DNA of 64,000 bases from Octopus sinensis (lineage: Eukaryota). The translations under genes were made by a program, and so were the position numbers. The first letter of the stretch is position 1; the number at the start of each line of letters is the position of its first letter. The stretch spans positions 15,810,001 to 15,874,000 of the forward strand of contig NC_043020.1 in the NCBI RefSeq assembly GCF_006345805.1, written 5' to 3'. The notes beneath the pieces were generated by a model. That model did not search any database. It had not been told where the DNA came from and saw only the letters and a program-made list of their open reading frames with translations. Below are positions 14,281 to 26,113 of the stretch, in pieces.

Positions 14281-14349
14281 ATATATATTATATATATATA
14301 TATATAATATATATATAAATATATATAATATATATATACATACACCTAT

Positions 14350-14500
14350 ATTCGCCATGATAGATCGCTAGCCACTACACATTCTTTATTTTCTCTCTTT
14401 GTTTCTTTCTCTGTTCCTTTCTGTGGAAGAGCATAGGCTCAAAACGTTAAAGACTTTTTCATTCCCAGAGCGTTATACTAATACATCTGTTTGTTGTCTA
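14350..14500 (+). mobile_element. Penelope-like terminal-repeat remnant with minimal hammerhead-like motif (14417-14452)
   Basis: CTTT CTGTGGA A GAGC-atag-GCTC AAAAC GT T AAAG. Confidence 0.55.
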
Positions 14501-14541
14501 CAAGTAAAGGTGTGAAAAGCGAAATAGGAATTTTGAAAGAA

Positions 14542-14925
14542 GGCGCAGGAGTGGCCGTGTGGTAAGTAGCTTACTTACCAACCATATGGTTCTGGGTTCA
14601 GTCCCACTGCGTGGCACCTTGGGCAAGTGTATTCTACTATAGCCTCAAGCTGACCAAAGCCTTGTGAGTGGATTTGGTAGATGGAAACTGAAAAAGAAGC
14701 CCATCATATATATGTATATGTGTGTGTGTGTATGTGTGTGTTTGTCCCCCACCATTGCTTGACAACCGATGTTGGTGTGTTTATGTCCCCGTAACTTAGT
14801 GGTTCAGCAAAAGAGACCAATAGAATAAGTACTAGACTTACAAAGAATAAGTCCTTGGTCAATTTGCTCAACTAAAGGTGGTGCTCCAGCATGGTCACAG
14901 TCAAATGACTGAAACAAGTAAAAGA
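14542..14925 (+). mobile_element. SINE family A
   Basis: Full head-to-tail match to other copies. Confidence 0.9.
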
Positions 14926-15507
14926 ATCCTGGAAGAACACAACAGAAAGTTTGAACTTTGTAGGATTTGAACTTTGTAAGATAAAGTATGACAAGAAAAT
15001 TTCTGCAAGGCATTTTTTCTAACACTAACAATTTTGCCAATTCCCTGCTGCTGCTGTCGCTGTTGTAGCTACTACTGCTACCACTGCTGCTGCTGATGAT
15101 GATGATGCTGTTTTGTTATAATACTAGTTTCAAATTTTAGCACAAGGCCAGCAAATTTGGGTGAGCGGGTAAGTTGATCACATTGACCACAGTGCTCAAT
15201 TGGTACTTCATTTATTGAACCTAAAAGGATGAAAGGAAAAGTCCACCTTGGCGGAATGTGGACTCAGAATGTAAAGACAGATGAAATGCCACTAAGCATT
15301 CTGCCCATTGTGCTAATGATTCTGCCAGCTCACTGCCTTAACTATGCGCTTAATATTAACACTTTAAACTTTTCACCCACAAACCAGGTTTGCCATTGAA
15401 TTTAAATTACATAACTACTCTCAATCTAAAGGTTCAATATTTTTCACTGAAAGATGATGAGAATGAGGAGAACAATGATGATAATGATGATGATGATATT
15501 GGTAATA

Positions 15508-16107
15508 AGGTGGCAAACTGGCAGAATCGTTAGCACGCCGAGCGAAATGCTTAGTGGTATTTCGTCTGCCGCTGCGTTCTGAGTTCAAATTACGCTGAGG
15601 TCGACTTTGTCTTTCAGCCTTTCGGGGTCGATTAAATAATTACCAGTTACGCACTGGGGTCGATATAATCGACTTAATCCATTTGTCTGTCCTTGTTTGT
15701 CCTCTCTGTGTTTAGCTCCTTGTGGGTAGTAAAGAAATACGTATTTCATCTGCCACTACGTTCTGAGTTCAAATTTTGCCGAGGTCGACTTTGCTTTGCA
15801 GCTTTTCGGGGTCGATTAAATAAGTACCAGTTACGCACTGGAGTCGATATAATCAACTTAATCCATTTGTCTGTCCTTGTTTGTCCTCTCTGTGTTTAGC
15901 TCCTTGTGGGTAGTAAAGAAATAGGTATTTCGTCTGCCACTACGTTCTGAGTTCAAATTTCGCTGAGGTCGACTTAGCCTTTTATCCTTTCAGGGTCGAT
16001 TAAATAAGTACCAGTTACGCACTGGAGTCGATGTAATCGACTTAATCCCTTTGTCTGTCCTTGTTGGTCCCCTGCATGTTTAGCTCCCTGTAGGCAATAA
16101 AGAAATA
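15508..16107 (+). mobile_element. SINE family B trimer with 13-bp TSD
   Basis: GATATTGGTAATA at 15495-15507 and 16108-16120; ~183-bp body repeated three times. Confidence 0.9.
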
Positions 16108-17158
16108 GATATTGGTAATAATACTTTCTAGAATAGGCATAAGTCCTGAAATTTTGGAGGAACAGGGCTCAGCTAGTTAATTACACCGACCACAGTGCTT
16201 AACTGGTACGTATTTCAGTGCCCCCCACCACCTTCCAAAAAGACAAAAGATAAAGTCGACCTCAGTGGAATTTGAACTCAGAATATATAAAACTGGAGGA
16301 AACAACTGCCAAAGCATTCTGTTTGGCATGCTAACAATTTTGCCAGCTCACTGCCTTTGATGACACAAGAAATTATAATCACTAACAACTCGTTGTTTCA
16401 CTAACATCTTGTTTATATATTTGTCAACTTCCACTTATACTGTATATTCATTTTATATATCTTGTTTACATTTATATTCGCTCTCCCCCACTTTTTCAAA
16501 AACTAGAGAGCCTGACCTGATTCTAAGACCTTGACAATTTATCTATATATTATCTATTTGGTTTCAGATAGTTCTACCCCCTCCCCCCACCCACCCCCTC
16601 TCTCTCTTGATGTAGATGCAAACCACTCACTATATATTCTTTGTATATTTTGTTTACTCCTCGCTACACCAAAGTTACATCTCCATAATTTGTAATTCAA
16701 TGCTTCTTGACAAGCTAATTGACAAACCACTACAAATAACTACCCTACCCACTTCCCACCACATCATTCTCTTTTAAAGTCAGTTGGAGGGTCTGACAAG
16801 AGCTGGTCGTTTGTCTGTTCTGGCATGGTTTCTATAGTCGGATACCCTTCCTAATGCCAACCACTTTACAGAGTGTACTGGGTGCTTTTAGTGTGGAACC
16901 CGCACAGGTACTTTTATGCGACGCAGGCACAGGTGCTTTTATGTGACACCAGCATGGCTGCTTTACGTGGCACTAGCACAGGTGCTTTTACATGGCACCA
17001 GCATGGGTGCTTTCACAAGGCACCAGTATGGGTGCTTTCACAAGGCACCAGCACAGGTGCTTTTTATGTGGCACTAGCACAGGTGGTTTTACATGGCACC
17101 AGCATGGGTGCTTTCACAAGGCACCAGCACAGGTGCATTTTATGTGGCAATCGCATGA

Positions 17159-18200
17159 GTGCTTTTACATGGAACCAGCATGGGTGCTTTCACAAGGCAC
17201 CAGCACAGGTGCATTTTATGTGGCACTCGCATGGGTGCTTTTACATGGAACCAGCATAGGTGCATTTTATGTGGCACTCGCATGGGTGCTTTTACATGGA
17301 ACCAGCACAGGTGCATTTTATGTGGCACTCGCATGGGTGCTTTTACATGGAACCAGCATAGGTGCATTTTATGTGGCACTCGCATGGGTGCTTTTACATG
17401 GAACCAGCATAGGTGCATTTTATGTGGCACTCGCATGGGTGCTTTTACATGGAACAGCATAGGTGCATTTTATGTGGCACTCGCATGGGTGCTTTTACAT
17501 GGAACCAGCATAGGTGCATTTTATGTGGCACTCGCATGGGTGCTTTTACATGGAACCAGCATAGGTGCATTTTATGTGGCACTCGCATGGGTGCTTTTAC
17601 ATGGAACCAGCACAGGTGCATTTTATGTGGTACTCGCATGGGTGCTTTTACATGGAACCAGCATAGGTGCATTTTATGTGGCACTCGCATGGGTGCTTTT
17701 ACATGGAACCAGCATAGGTGCATTTTATGTGGCACTCGCATGGGTGCTTTTACATGGAACCAGCATAGGTGCATTTTATGTGGCACTCGCATGGGTGCTT
17801 TTACATGGAACCAGCATAGGTGCATTTTATGTGGCACTCGCATGGGTGCTTTTACATGGAACCAGCATAGGTGCATTTTATGTGGCACTCGCATGGGTGC
17901 TTTTACATGGAACCAGCATAGGTGCATTTTATGTGGCACTCGCATGGGTGCTTTTACATGGAACCAGCATAGGTGCATTTTATGTGGCACTCGCATGGGT
18001 GCTTTTACATGGCACCAGCATGGGTGCTTTCACAAGGCACCAGCACAGGTGCATTTTATGTGGCACTCGCATGGGTGCTTTTACATGGAACCAGCATGGG
18101 TGCTTTCACAAGGCACCAGCACAGGTGCTTTTTATGTGGCACTCGCATGGGTGCTTTTACATTGAACCAGCATGGGTGCTTTCACAAGGCACCAGCATAG
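17159..18200. repeat. 51-bp minisatellite (26+25-bp subunits) within a family E element
   Basis: GGAACCAGCATAGGTGCATTTTATGT GGCACTCGCATGGGTGCTTTTACAT repeated about 15 times with very high homogeneity. Confidence 0.95.
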
Positions 18201-18749
18201 GTGCTTTTTATGAGGCACTAGCACAGGTGCTTTTTACCTGACACCAGCACCCTTGAGCCCACATGACTAGGATCTCTCAGCCGAGGGCCATAGAAGACAT
18301 ACCTGTATGTATGGATGGCAGTTGTTTTACTTAGCTTGATATGTCTTCTCAAGCAAAGCAAAGTACCAGAAGTCCTATCATCTCCTCTGCAAAGCCCAAT
18401 ATCTGAAGATCTTACAGTTCTACATTTAAGATCTTATCTCCTTATTTTGTCATACATATTCCTGGGTCTACCCCTTCTACACTTTCCCTCCACAGTTAGA
18501 GATCAGCACTTCTTGATGCAGCTGTCTTCATCCATATGCATCACATGGCCATATCAGTGCAGTTTTCTCTCTTGCACACAACAACTGACGCCTCTTATAC
18601 TCAATTTTTTCTCTAAAATCATTCACACTGACATTACCCACCCAGTGGAACATGCTGACTTCATGTCTCACAAGCCTACACATGTCCTCAGTTTAATGTA
18701 CAAGAACACCTGCCACATACAAAGACTATTTTCTCTGTTAACCTTCCTG

Positions 18750-19100
18750 TGATACCACTGCACCTCTTATGACCCCTTTTGATCATGAATGACCATAAGA
18801 TTGCACCTAGAAAGTTGCCTGCTAGGACATGAATCTGGGCAAGGTTGTTTATGGAAGAACAGCAATTGCCCATGCATACCAGCCTGGTGGAACGTCACCA
18901 ATGTTATCCAAGGGAAAAGCAAAAGCCAATACAGCTTGGCACCAGTGATGCCACAACTCATTTCTACAGCTGAGTGACCTGGAGAAACATGAAATAAAGT
19001 ATCTAGCTCAAGAACACAAGACACATGATGGACTGGAATCGAACTCACTACTTCATGATTGTCAGCCTGACGCTCTAACCACTGAGCCATGCACCTTTAT
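18750..19100 (-). mobile_element. SINE family C, diverged
   Basis: Reverse complement similarity to 10141-10470. Confidence 0.8.
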
Positions 19101-19103
19101 GAT

Positions 19104-19175
<72 letters not shown>

Positions 19176-20723
19176 GGTTCAATTTATGTATGGGCCAATA
19201 AGGGCCATGGCCCAGGGGCTCCTTTAACTTAGAGAAGCCTAAAGCTTGGAGTTAAAAATTAAAGCATATTTACAGAAATCAAATAAATAAAGGATTTTTT
19301 TTTACTTAAATCTTTAAAACCCTTAAAAATGTTTTAGCCCGAAGGCCGTGACCATGCTGGGGCACCACTGCTGAAATTTTTTTTAATCTAATGGTCTTCT
19401 ATTAAAATTACTGTACCCTCTTCTGATTTATTGGGCTCTTTTAGATTTAAATTTAACGGAGTTCCACTGAATCTACTTAGGCCCTTTTAATTTGGGTGCT
19501 CTACAAACTATCCCCCCCCAACTGCCCTAGATTTAATGGGGCCCTCTTTCTTATCATTTCATGTTTGAATTAGCTCTTTTTTAAGCAGTACCTTTCAAAA
19601 GTACTTTGAACATAAGCTTTCTTTTGATATGATTTTGTGTATGTAATTTTATCTATATATATTTGTTAATTTGTGTTTATTTATGTTTGTTTTTCCATGT
19701 TAGCATGGGACAGAGGTGTCTCTGTCACTAACCCTTACTTGTTTCCATAATAATATTTCTCTTATTTCACACGTCCTCAAAAGCACAGAGCCACTGAATG
19801 ATTTACTGACATGGAAATGTGGAAATGAAAACAAATTTCCCCTACTTATATAGCTCAACAATTTTTTGTGCAAAGTGCACAGGATATAAACACTCACCCA
19901 GACAGAAACAAACAGAAATGTAGAGAGTACTCAATAACCTAAGGCATGTGCATTTGCTCAGGTGTCTAAGGAAGGAGAGAGGGTGAGAGACAGAGTGAGA
20001 GAGAGAGAGAGCAAGACATTAGAAGGCCAAGAAAGAGTGTGAACGCGGAAAGGACAGATGAATAATGGGAAAGGCAAGGATATTTGGGGGTGAATGGGAG
20101 AGGCAAGTGATTGGCAATAAATAACAGAGGTGAACAAAAAGGTGAGTGATAAGATAAAGATAGTAGGTGTGGGTGGTGGTGTGGGTGGTGGTGGTGGTGG
20201 TGGCAATAGAGGTAGTGCAGATGGAGGTGGGAGGGAGCATTAGGCACAGCAGGGTGGGAGCTAGAGTGCATAAGCCTCTCCACAACTACACATGTGTGAG
20301 CCTGGAGAAGAGTGAAAGGTCAGAATAAAGTGAAGTGGATTGTCTGAGTAGCACAGCTAGCAGAGGGATGGGGGCGGGGAATAAAAGGTTATACATAACG
20401 AGGAGAGGGTAGATAGAAGGAGGGAATGTAGTACGTGTGTGTGGAGGTGTCACCATCATCATTATTCAACGTCTGTTTTCTATGCTGTTATTGTTGTTAA
20501 GCAACAAGCCGGGTAAGGGTGATTAGGTGGGGGTCTAGGGCTTAGGAGCAGGAGACCCCCAGACCTCGGAAAAAAAAAAAAGCTTTAGTCGTCTTGTAGT
20601 CAAGGGCTCTTCAGTAACACTGCGATGGACTGGCGTCCCGTCCAGCTGGGCAACACATACGCCATTGAAACCGGGCCCATGAGCCTGGCTAGGCTTTAAA
20701 ATGGCGCATTTATTTTTATTATA

Positions 20724-20966
20724 TATCTATAAATATAATATATGACAATTAGTTGGTTGTCATAATAAAACTCTGAGTTTCAGATATCGGGGCTGAAGTC
20801 TGCTCCGGCATCTCATCAGATACTGAGACAAAACGCTATGGGCTTTTTGCATAGTGTTTTGTCTTAATAACTGATGAGATGCTGGAGCAGACTTCAGCCC
20901 TGGTTTCCGAAACTCTGAGTTTTATTATGACAACTAACTAATTGTTACATATTATATTTATAGATA
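20724..20966. repeat. Imperfect ~115-bp-arm palindrome, each arm holding a hammerhead motif
   Basis: Arms 20724-20840 and 20850-20966 are reverse complements. Confidence 0.88.
20859..20933 (+). ncRNA. Type I hammerhead ribozyme (predicted)
   Basis: Stem I TTGTC-t-TAATAA / TTATTA-t-GACAA; CTGATGA at 20871-20877; GAAA at 20909-20912; stem III ACTC-t-GAGT; predicted cut after U20921; stem II imperfect. Confidence 0.7.
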
Positions 20967-21880
20967 AATTCCTCTATTTTACATAATATCGAGTCTCATT
21001 CATTCTTTTGTTGTCATATTATCATCAATATATATATATATATAGATGGGCTTCTTTCAGTTTCCACCTACCAAAGCGACTCACAAGGCCCTGGTTGGCC
21101 CAAGGCTTTGGTAGAAGACACTTGCCCAAGGTGCCACGTAATGGGGCTGAACCCAAAACCATGTGGTTGGGAAGTAAGCTTGTTTACTTTTGTATTTGAA
21201 TCATTAAAAAAAACCCAATTTTGTGATGAAACAAGCATGAGATGAACTCAACACTCCATCTTGTAAACAAGTAAGGCCTAGACTCTTTGTAGCTGAGGAA
21301 ATTATTGATGACATTTATCCTGTAGAACCCATTCTCCACAGCATACAGCAGAGGTGTTAATGTCCCTCCTCTTGTTGCTGTGATTAGCTTTCAAGGGCCC
21401 TGTATCGGTGGCACATAAAAAGTGCCCATGCTGGTGTCATGTAATAGCACCGATGACAGTTCCACATAAAAGCACCCACATCTGTAAAGTGGCTGGCATC
21501 AGGAAGGGCATCCAGCTGTAGAGGTCAAGCCATTTAGGTCAGTCTGCTATTTCCTACAGAAGATAGGTCCGGATAACAGACAACTGCAGAAAGCTATCAA
21601 GGAAATAGGCACAGCAGTTGAAACTAGCACAAAATAGCTGTAGTTGATAAGAGACTCTAAGTGGAACACTTCCATAGGTGGAGACAAACTCAGTCCTCAT
21701 GGCTCCAGTCAGGTGAAGCATACATGCTAAGAAGCATACAGGCTTGTGACCATGAGATAGATACCTGCTGACAATACGGAAGAGTTTCCAGCATTGTAAT
21801 GGAGCTTGCAAAACCATTGAATAGCTCCAGCAGTTTCTGAATGGGATAAAGCATCTTTGATGTTTATTTCACCTATATAT

Positions 21881-22290
21881 AGGCGCAGGAGTGGCTGTGT
21901 GGTAAGTAGCTTGTTTGCCAAACACATGGTTCCGGGTTCAGTCCCACCGCGTGGCACCTTGGGCAAGTGTCTTCTACTACAGCCTCGGGCCAACCAAAGC
22001 CTTGTGAGTGGATTTGGTAGACGGAAACTGAAAAGAAGCCCGTCGTATATATGTATATATATGTATATATGTGTGCATGTATGTTTGTGTGTCTGTCCCC
22101 CTAGCATTGCTTGACAACTGATGCTGGTGTGTTTATGTCCCCGTCACTTAGCGGTTCGGCAAGAGAGACCGATAGAATAAGTACTAGGCTTACAAAGAAT
22201 AAGTCCCGGAGTCGAGTTGCTCGATTAAAGGCGGTGCTCCAGCATGGCCGCACTCAAAATGACTGAAACAAGTAAAGAAGAGAAAGAAGA
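21881..22290 (+). mobile_element. SINE family A
   Basis: Full-length match. Confidence 0.92.
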
Positions 22291-22309
22291 GAATATATAT
22301 ATATATACT

Positions 22310-22565
22310 TAAGCAGCAGCAGACCGTTATTTGAAAGGGCCAATGAAACAAATCCATTTTTAAAGGTGTATCGTTTATGCTAGTTTTGATTAAATTGTTA
22401 TCTCGGTTCTATTTTAACAAAACTGTCCGCCGGATGGGAACATGAAACTCTGAGTAACAGCTTTTGTTAAATTTCTGCTGCTTTTAAATAAAGCATATTA
22501 CTCTACCTCTGGTATTTGAGTACTCTTTTTTCCACCTTGTTTCACATTTATGTGTTTACTCCGGT
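22310..22565 (+). mobile_element. Penelope-like remnant with core-decayed hammerhead fold (22414-22470)
   Basis: TTAACAAAA-CTGT / ACAG-c-TTTTGTTAA stem; GAAA CTCTGAG TA. Confidence 0.45.
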
Positions 22566-22573
22566 GTATATAT

Positions 22574-23105
22574 ATATATCAATCGTCTGGAAGCCGTTCA
22601 GTGACATGCAACCAAGAGAATACTCTCCATCAGGCATTTGCCATATTCTGAACACCTTACTTCCCTGGGCATGGACACATTGAAACTCCGACGTCTGGCA
22701 GTTGACTTGGCAGACACCCATAAAATTATCAACCATCGTACAAACAATAACTCTGAGCACCTTTTCAAACTCCACCTGTCTAACACCCGTGGACATATTT
22801 ACAAAGTAAGAAAACAGCACAGCTCCCATGACTTCAGGAAACATTTTTTCACGCTGAGAGTTGCTGAAGCATGGAACAAACTGCTGGCATCAGTTGTTAG
22901 TTGTCGGAGCATTGCATCCTTCAAAACTTCCATGCTTCCTGAGATTCGCCAACACTACACTTGATTTTCTCCCCTCCATACACACACAAGCATGTATCTG
23001 ACTCGCACACTGTTCGCTTTCCAGACATTTCTACATTACTGCATGTACTTTATATGCACTTTCTGACAAGTTGTGGTGCACCTGAGCACTGTATACAATT
23101 AATTT
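22574..23105 (+). mobile_element. 5'-truncated CR1-like LINE, ORF2 C-terminus and 3' UTR
   Basis: ORF 22638-22964: PYSEHLTSLGMDTLKLRR...TRGH..K....FFTLRVAEAWNKL. Confidence 0.85.
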
Positions 23106-23155
23106 CATTATTTTTCATTATTATATATATATATATATATAATATATATATATAT

Positions 23156-23186
<31 letters not shown>

Positions 23187-23217
23187 GTATGTTTGTGTGT
23201 GTGTGTGTGTGTGTTTG

Positions 23218-23622
23218 TTTTCAAGTGAATCTCTTTCTATCACTGACTGACTTATCAGTCTGACTTACAATACTGAAGAGTACTCACACCCCTCTCTCTC
23301 CTTTTGTCCTGGACCGTTAAAACAACATAATGTTATCAGGGCTGAGCACTTTTAAAGCAGCACTTTAAAAGAGATTTAACATCTCTCCTTCACACTTTAA
23401 ACTTTCTAATCAGAAAAGACTTTACGCATGCAGGTACATTTTTTTATTTTTACAAGGCAAAAAGTTGACAGTGATTTTTAAATCAACTTACCTGCTCTCC
23501 ACGACAAACAAGTTAAAACTCTCAACCGTCAAAGTTACAATCAACCTTCCCTTATAAAGGTAAATAAAATATGCTGCATTCCGGGAAAGTATTGATTGGA
23601 TCTTTCAATTTAATGTTCAACT
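23218..23622 (+). repeat. Left arm of a ~390-bp inverted repeat (partner at 34054-34445)
   Basis: Block matches, e.g. TAAAGTGTGAAGGAGAGATGTTAAATCTCTTTTAAAGTGCT and CAGACTGATAAGTCAGTCA. Confidence 0.88.
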
Positions 23623-23781
23623 TACCAACCACATGGTTCCGGGTTCAATCCCACTGGGTAGCACCTTGGGCAAGTGTCTTTTACTATAGCCTCAGGCCGA
23701 CCAAAGCCTTGTGAGTGGATTTGGTAGATGGAAACTGAAAGAAGCCCGTCGTATATATGTGTATATATATATTATATAATG

Positions 23782-23850
<69 letters not shown>

Positions 23851-23914
23851 GACATGTATATATTATATATATAGATATGTATATATATATATATATATAT
23901 AGATATGTATATAC

Positions 23915-24325
23915 TCTTTTACTCTTTTACTCTTTTAGTTGTTTCAGTCATTTGACTGCGGCCATGCTGGAGCACCGCCTTTAGTCAAGCAATCGACCCC
24001 GGGACTTATTCTTTGTAAGCCCTGTACTTATTATATCGGTCTCTTTTGCCGAACCGCTAAGTGACGGGGACGTAAACACACCAGCATCGGTTGTCAAGCA
24101 ATGCTAGGGGGACAAACACAGACACACAAACACACACACGCATACATATATAATATATATACGACAGGCTTCTTTCAGTTTCCATCTACCAAATCCACTC
24201 ACAAGGCATTGGTCGGCCCGGGGCTATAGTAGACGACACTTGCCCAAGATGCCACGCAGTGGGACTGAACCCGGAACCATGTGGTTGGTTAGCAAGCTAC
24301 TTACCACACAGCCACTCCTGCGCCT
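23915..24325 (-). mobile_element. SINE family A, full length, nested
   Basis: Reverse complement of the family consensus. Confidence 0.92.
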
Positions 24326-24707
24326 ATATTATATATAATATATATAATATATCATATATATATAGATATGTAATATATATATAAATATATAGATATGTAT
24401 ATATATAATATATATATATAGATATGTATATATATATATATAGAGATATGTATAATATATATATATAGATATGTATATAATATTTTTGTCTTATGACTAA
24501 TTCGTCTTTTGTGCTGGGCACCTGGTAGTAAATAATATTACTACCCTTCTTGTTTATATTCGCATACTACATGATGAATTTATTCGTAAAATTCTTCCGG
24601 CATGCCCGCGTAATTTTGCGTCTGCGCAGAGATTTGAAAAGTTAAGATCTGCTAGTAGTCGGTTTAACGTATAGCCCCACATCGCTGCAGACCTCGATTA
24701 AATTCAG

Positions 24708-24786
24708 GCAACTCGCTGATGAAGCTGGCCTTAGCAACATATTCTGTGTTTTGCTAGAAAGAAGCAGAAACCGCGGTACGAGTTGT
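24708..24786 (+). ncRNA. Type I hammerhead ribozyme, unit 1
   Basis: GCAACTCG CTGATGA [stem II] GAA ACCGCGGT A CGAGTTGT; predicted GUA cut after A24778. Confidence 0.82.
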
Positions 24787-25151
24787 TAAAGTTATCGGTA
24801 AACGTTTTTGATTTTCACTCTCGATAAATTCATCCCCTTTTTGTGTTCCCAGCACTCGGCATCTTTATTTAGGAGCCCTTAATTGTATAACTACATGAAT
24901 ATATTTTTTCTATATGAATAATATTTTTGTCTTATGACTAATTCGTCTTTTGTGCTGGGCACCTGGTAGTAAATAATATTACTACCCTTCTTGTTTATAT
25001 TCGCATACTACATGATGAATTTATTCGTAAAATTCTTCCCGGCATGCCCGCGTAAATTTTGCGTCTGCGCAGAGATTTGAAAAGTTAAGATCTGCTAGTA
25101 GTCGGGTTTAACGTATAGCCCCACATCGCTGCAGACCTCGATTAAATTCAG

Positions 25152-25231
25152 GCAACTCGCTGATGAAGCTGGCCTTAGCAAACATATTCTGTGTTTTGCT
25201 AGAAAGAAGCAGAAACCGCGGTACGAGTTGT
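25152..25231 (+). ncRNA. Type I hammerhead ribozyme, unit 2
   Basis: Same fold; predicted cut after A25223. Confidence 0.82.
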
Positions 25232-25594
25232 TAAAGTTATCGGTAACGTTTTTGATTTTCACTCTCGATAAATTCATCCCCTTTTTGTGTTCCCAGCACT
25301 CGGCATCTTTATTTAGGAGCCCTTAATTGTATAACTACATGAATAATATTTTTCTATATGAATAATATTTTTGTCTTATGACTAATTCGTCTTTTGTGCT
25401 GGGCACCTGGTAGTAAATAATATTACTACCCTTCTTGTTTATATTCGCATACTACATGATGAATTTATTCGTAAAATTCTTCCCGCATGCCCGCGTAAAT
25501 TTTGCGTCTGCGCAGAGATTTGAAAAGTTAAGATCTGCTAGTAGTCGGGTTTAACGTATAGCCCCACATCGCTGCAGACCTCGATTAAATTCAG

Positions 25595-25674
25595 GCAACT
25601 CGCTGATGAAGCTGGCCTTAGCAAACATATTCTGTGTTTTGCTAGAAAGAAGCAGAAACCGCGGTACGAGTTGT
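25595..25674 (+). ncRNA. Type I hammerhead ribozyme, unit 3
   Basis: Same fold; predicted cut after A25666. Confidence 0.82.
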
Positions 25675-26036
25675 TAAAGTTATCGGTAAACGTTTTTGAT
25701 TTTCACTCTCGATAAATTCATCCCCTTTTTGTGTTCCAGCACTCGGCATCTTTATTTAGGAGCCCTTAATTGTATAACTACATGAATAATATTTTTCTAT
25801 ATGAATAATATTTTTGTCTTATGACTAATTCGTCTTTTGTGCTGGGCCCTGGTAGTAAATAATATTACTACCCTTCTTGTTTATATTCGCATACTACATG
25901 ATGAATTTATTCGTAAAATTCTTCCCGGCATGCCCGCGTAAATTTTGCGTCTGCGCAGAGATTTGAAAAGTTAAGATCTGCTAGTAGTCGGGTTAACGTA
26001 TAGCCCCACATCGCTGCAGACCTCGATTAAATTCAG

Positions 26037-26113
26037 GCAACTCGCTGATGAAGCTGGCCTTAGCAACATATTCTGTGTTTTGCTAGAAAGAAGCAGAAAG
26101 CGGTACGAGTTGT
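26037..26113 (+). ncRNA. Type I hammerhead ribozyme, unit 4, stem III missing CC
   Basis: GAAAGCGGTA instead of GAAACCGCGGTA; predicted site after A26105. Confidence 0.55.

Noticed and set aside
17159-18241. 360-aa repetitive ORF, or a CRISPR-like array
   Set aside because: A 51-bp tandem unit open in several frames on both strands; no unique spacers or cas genes; eukaryotic context
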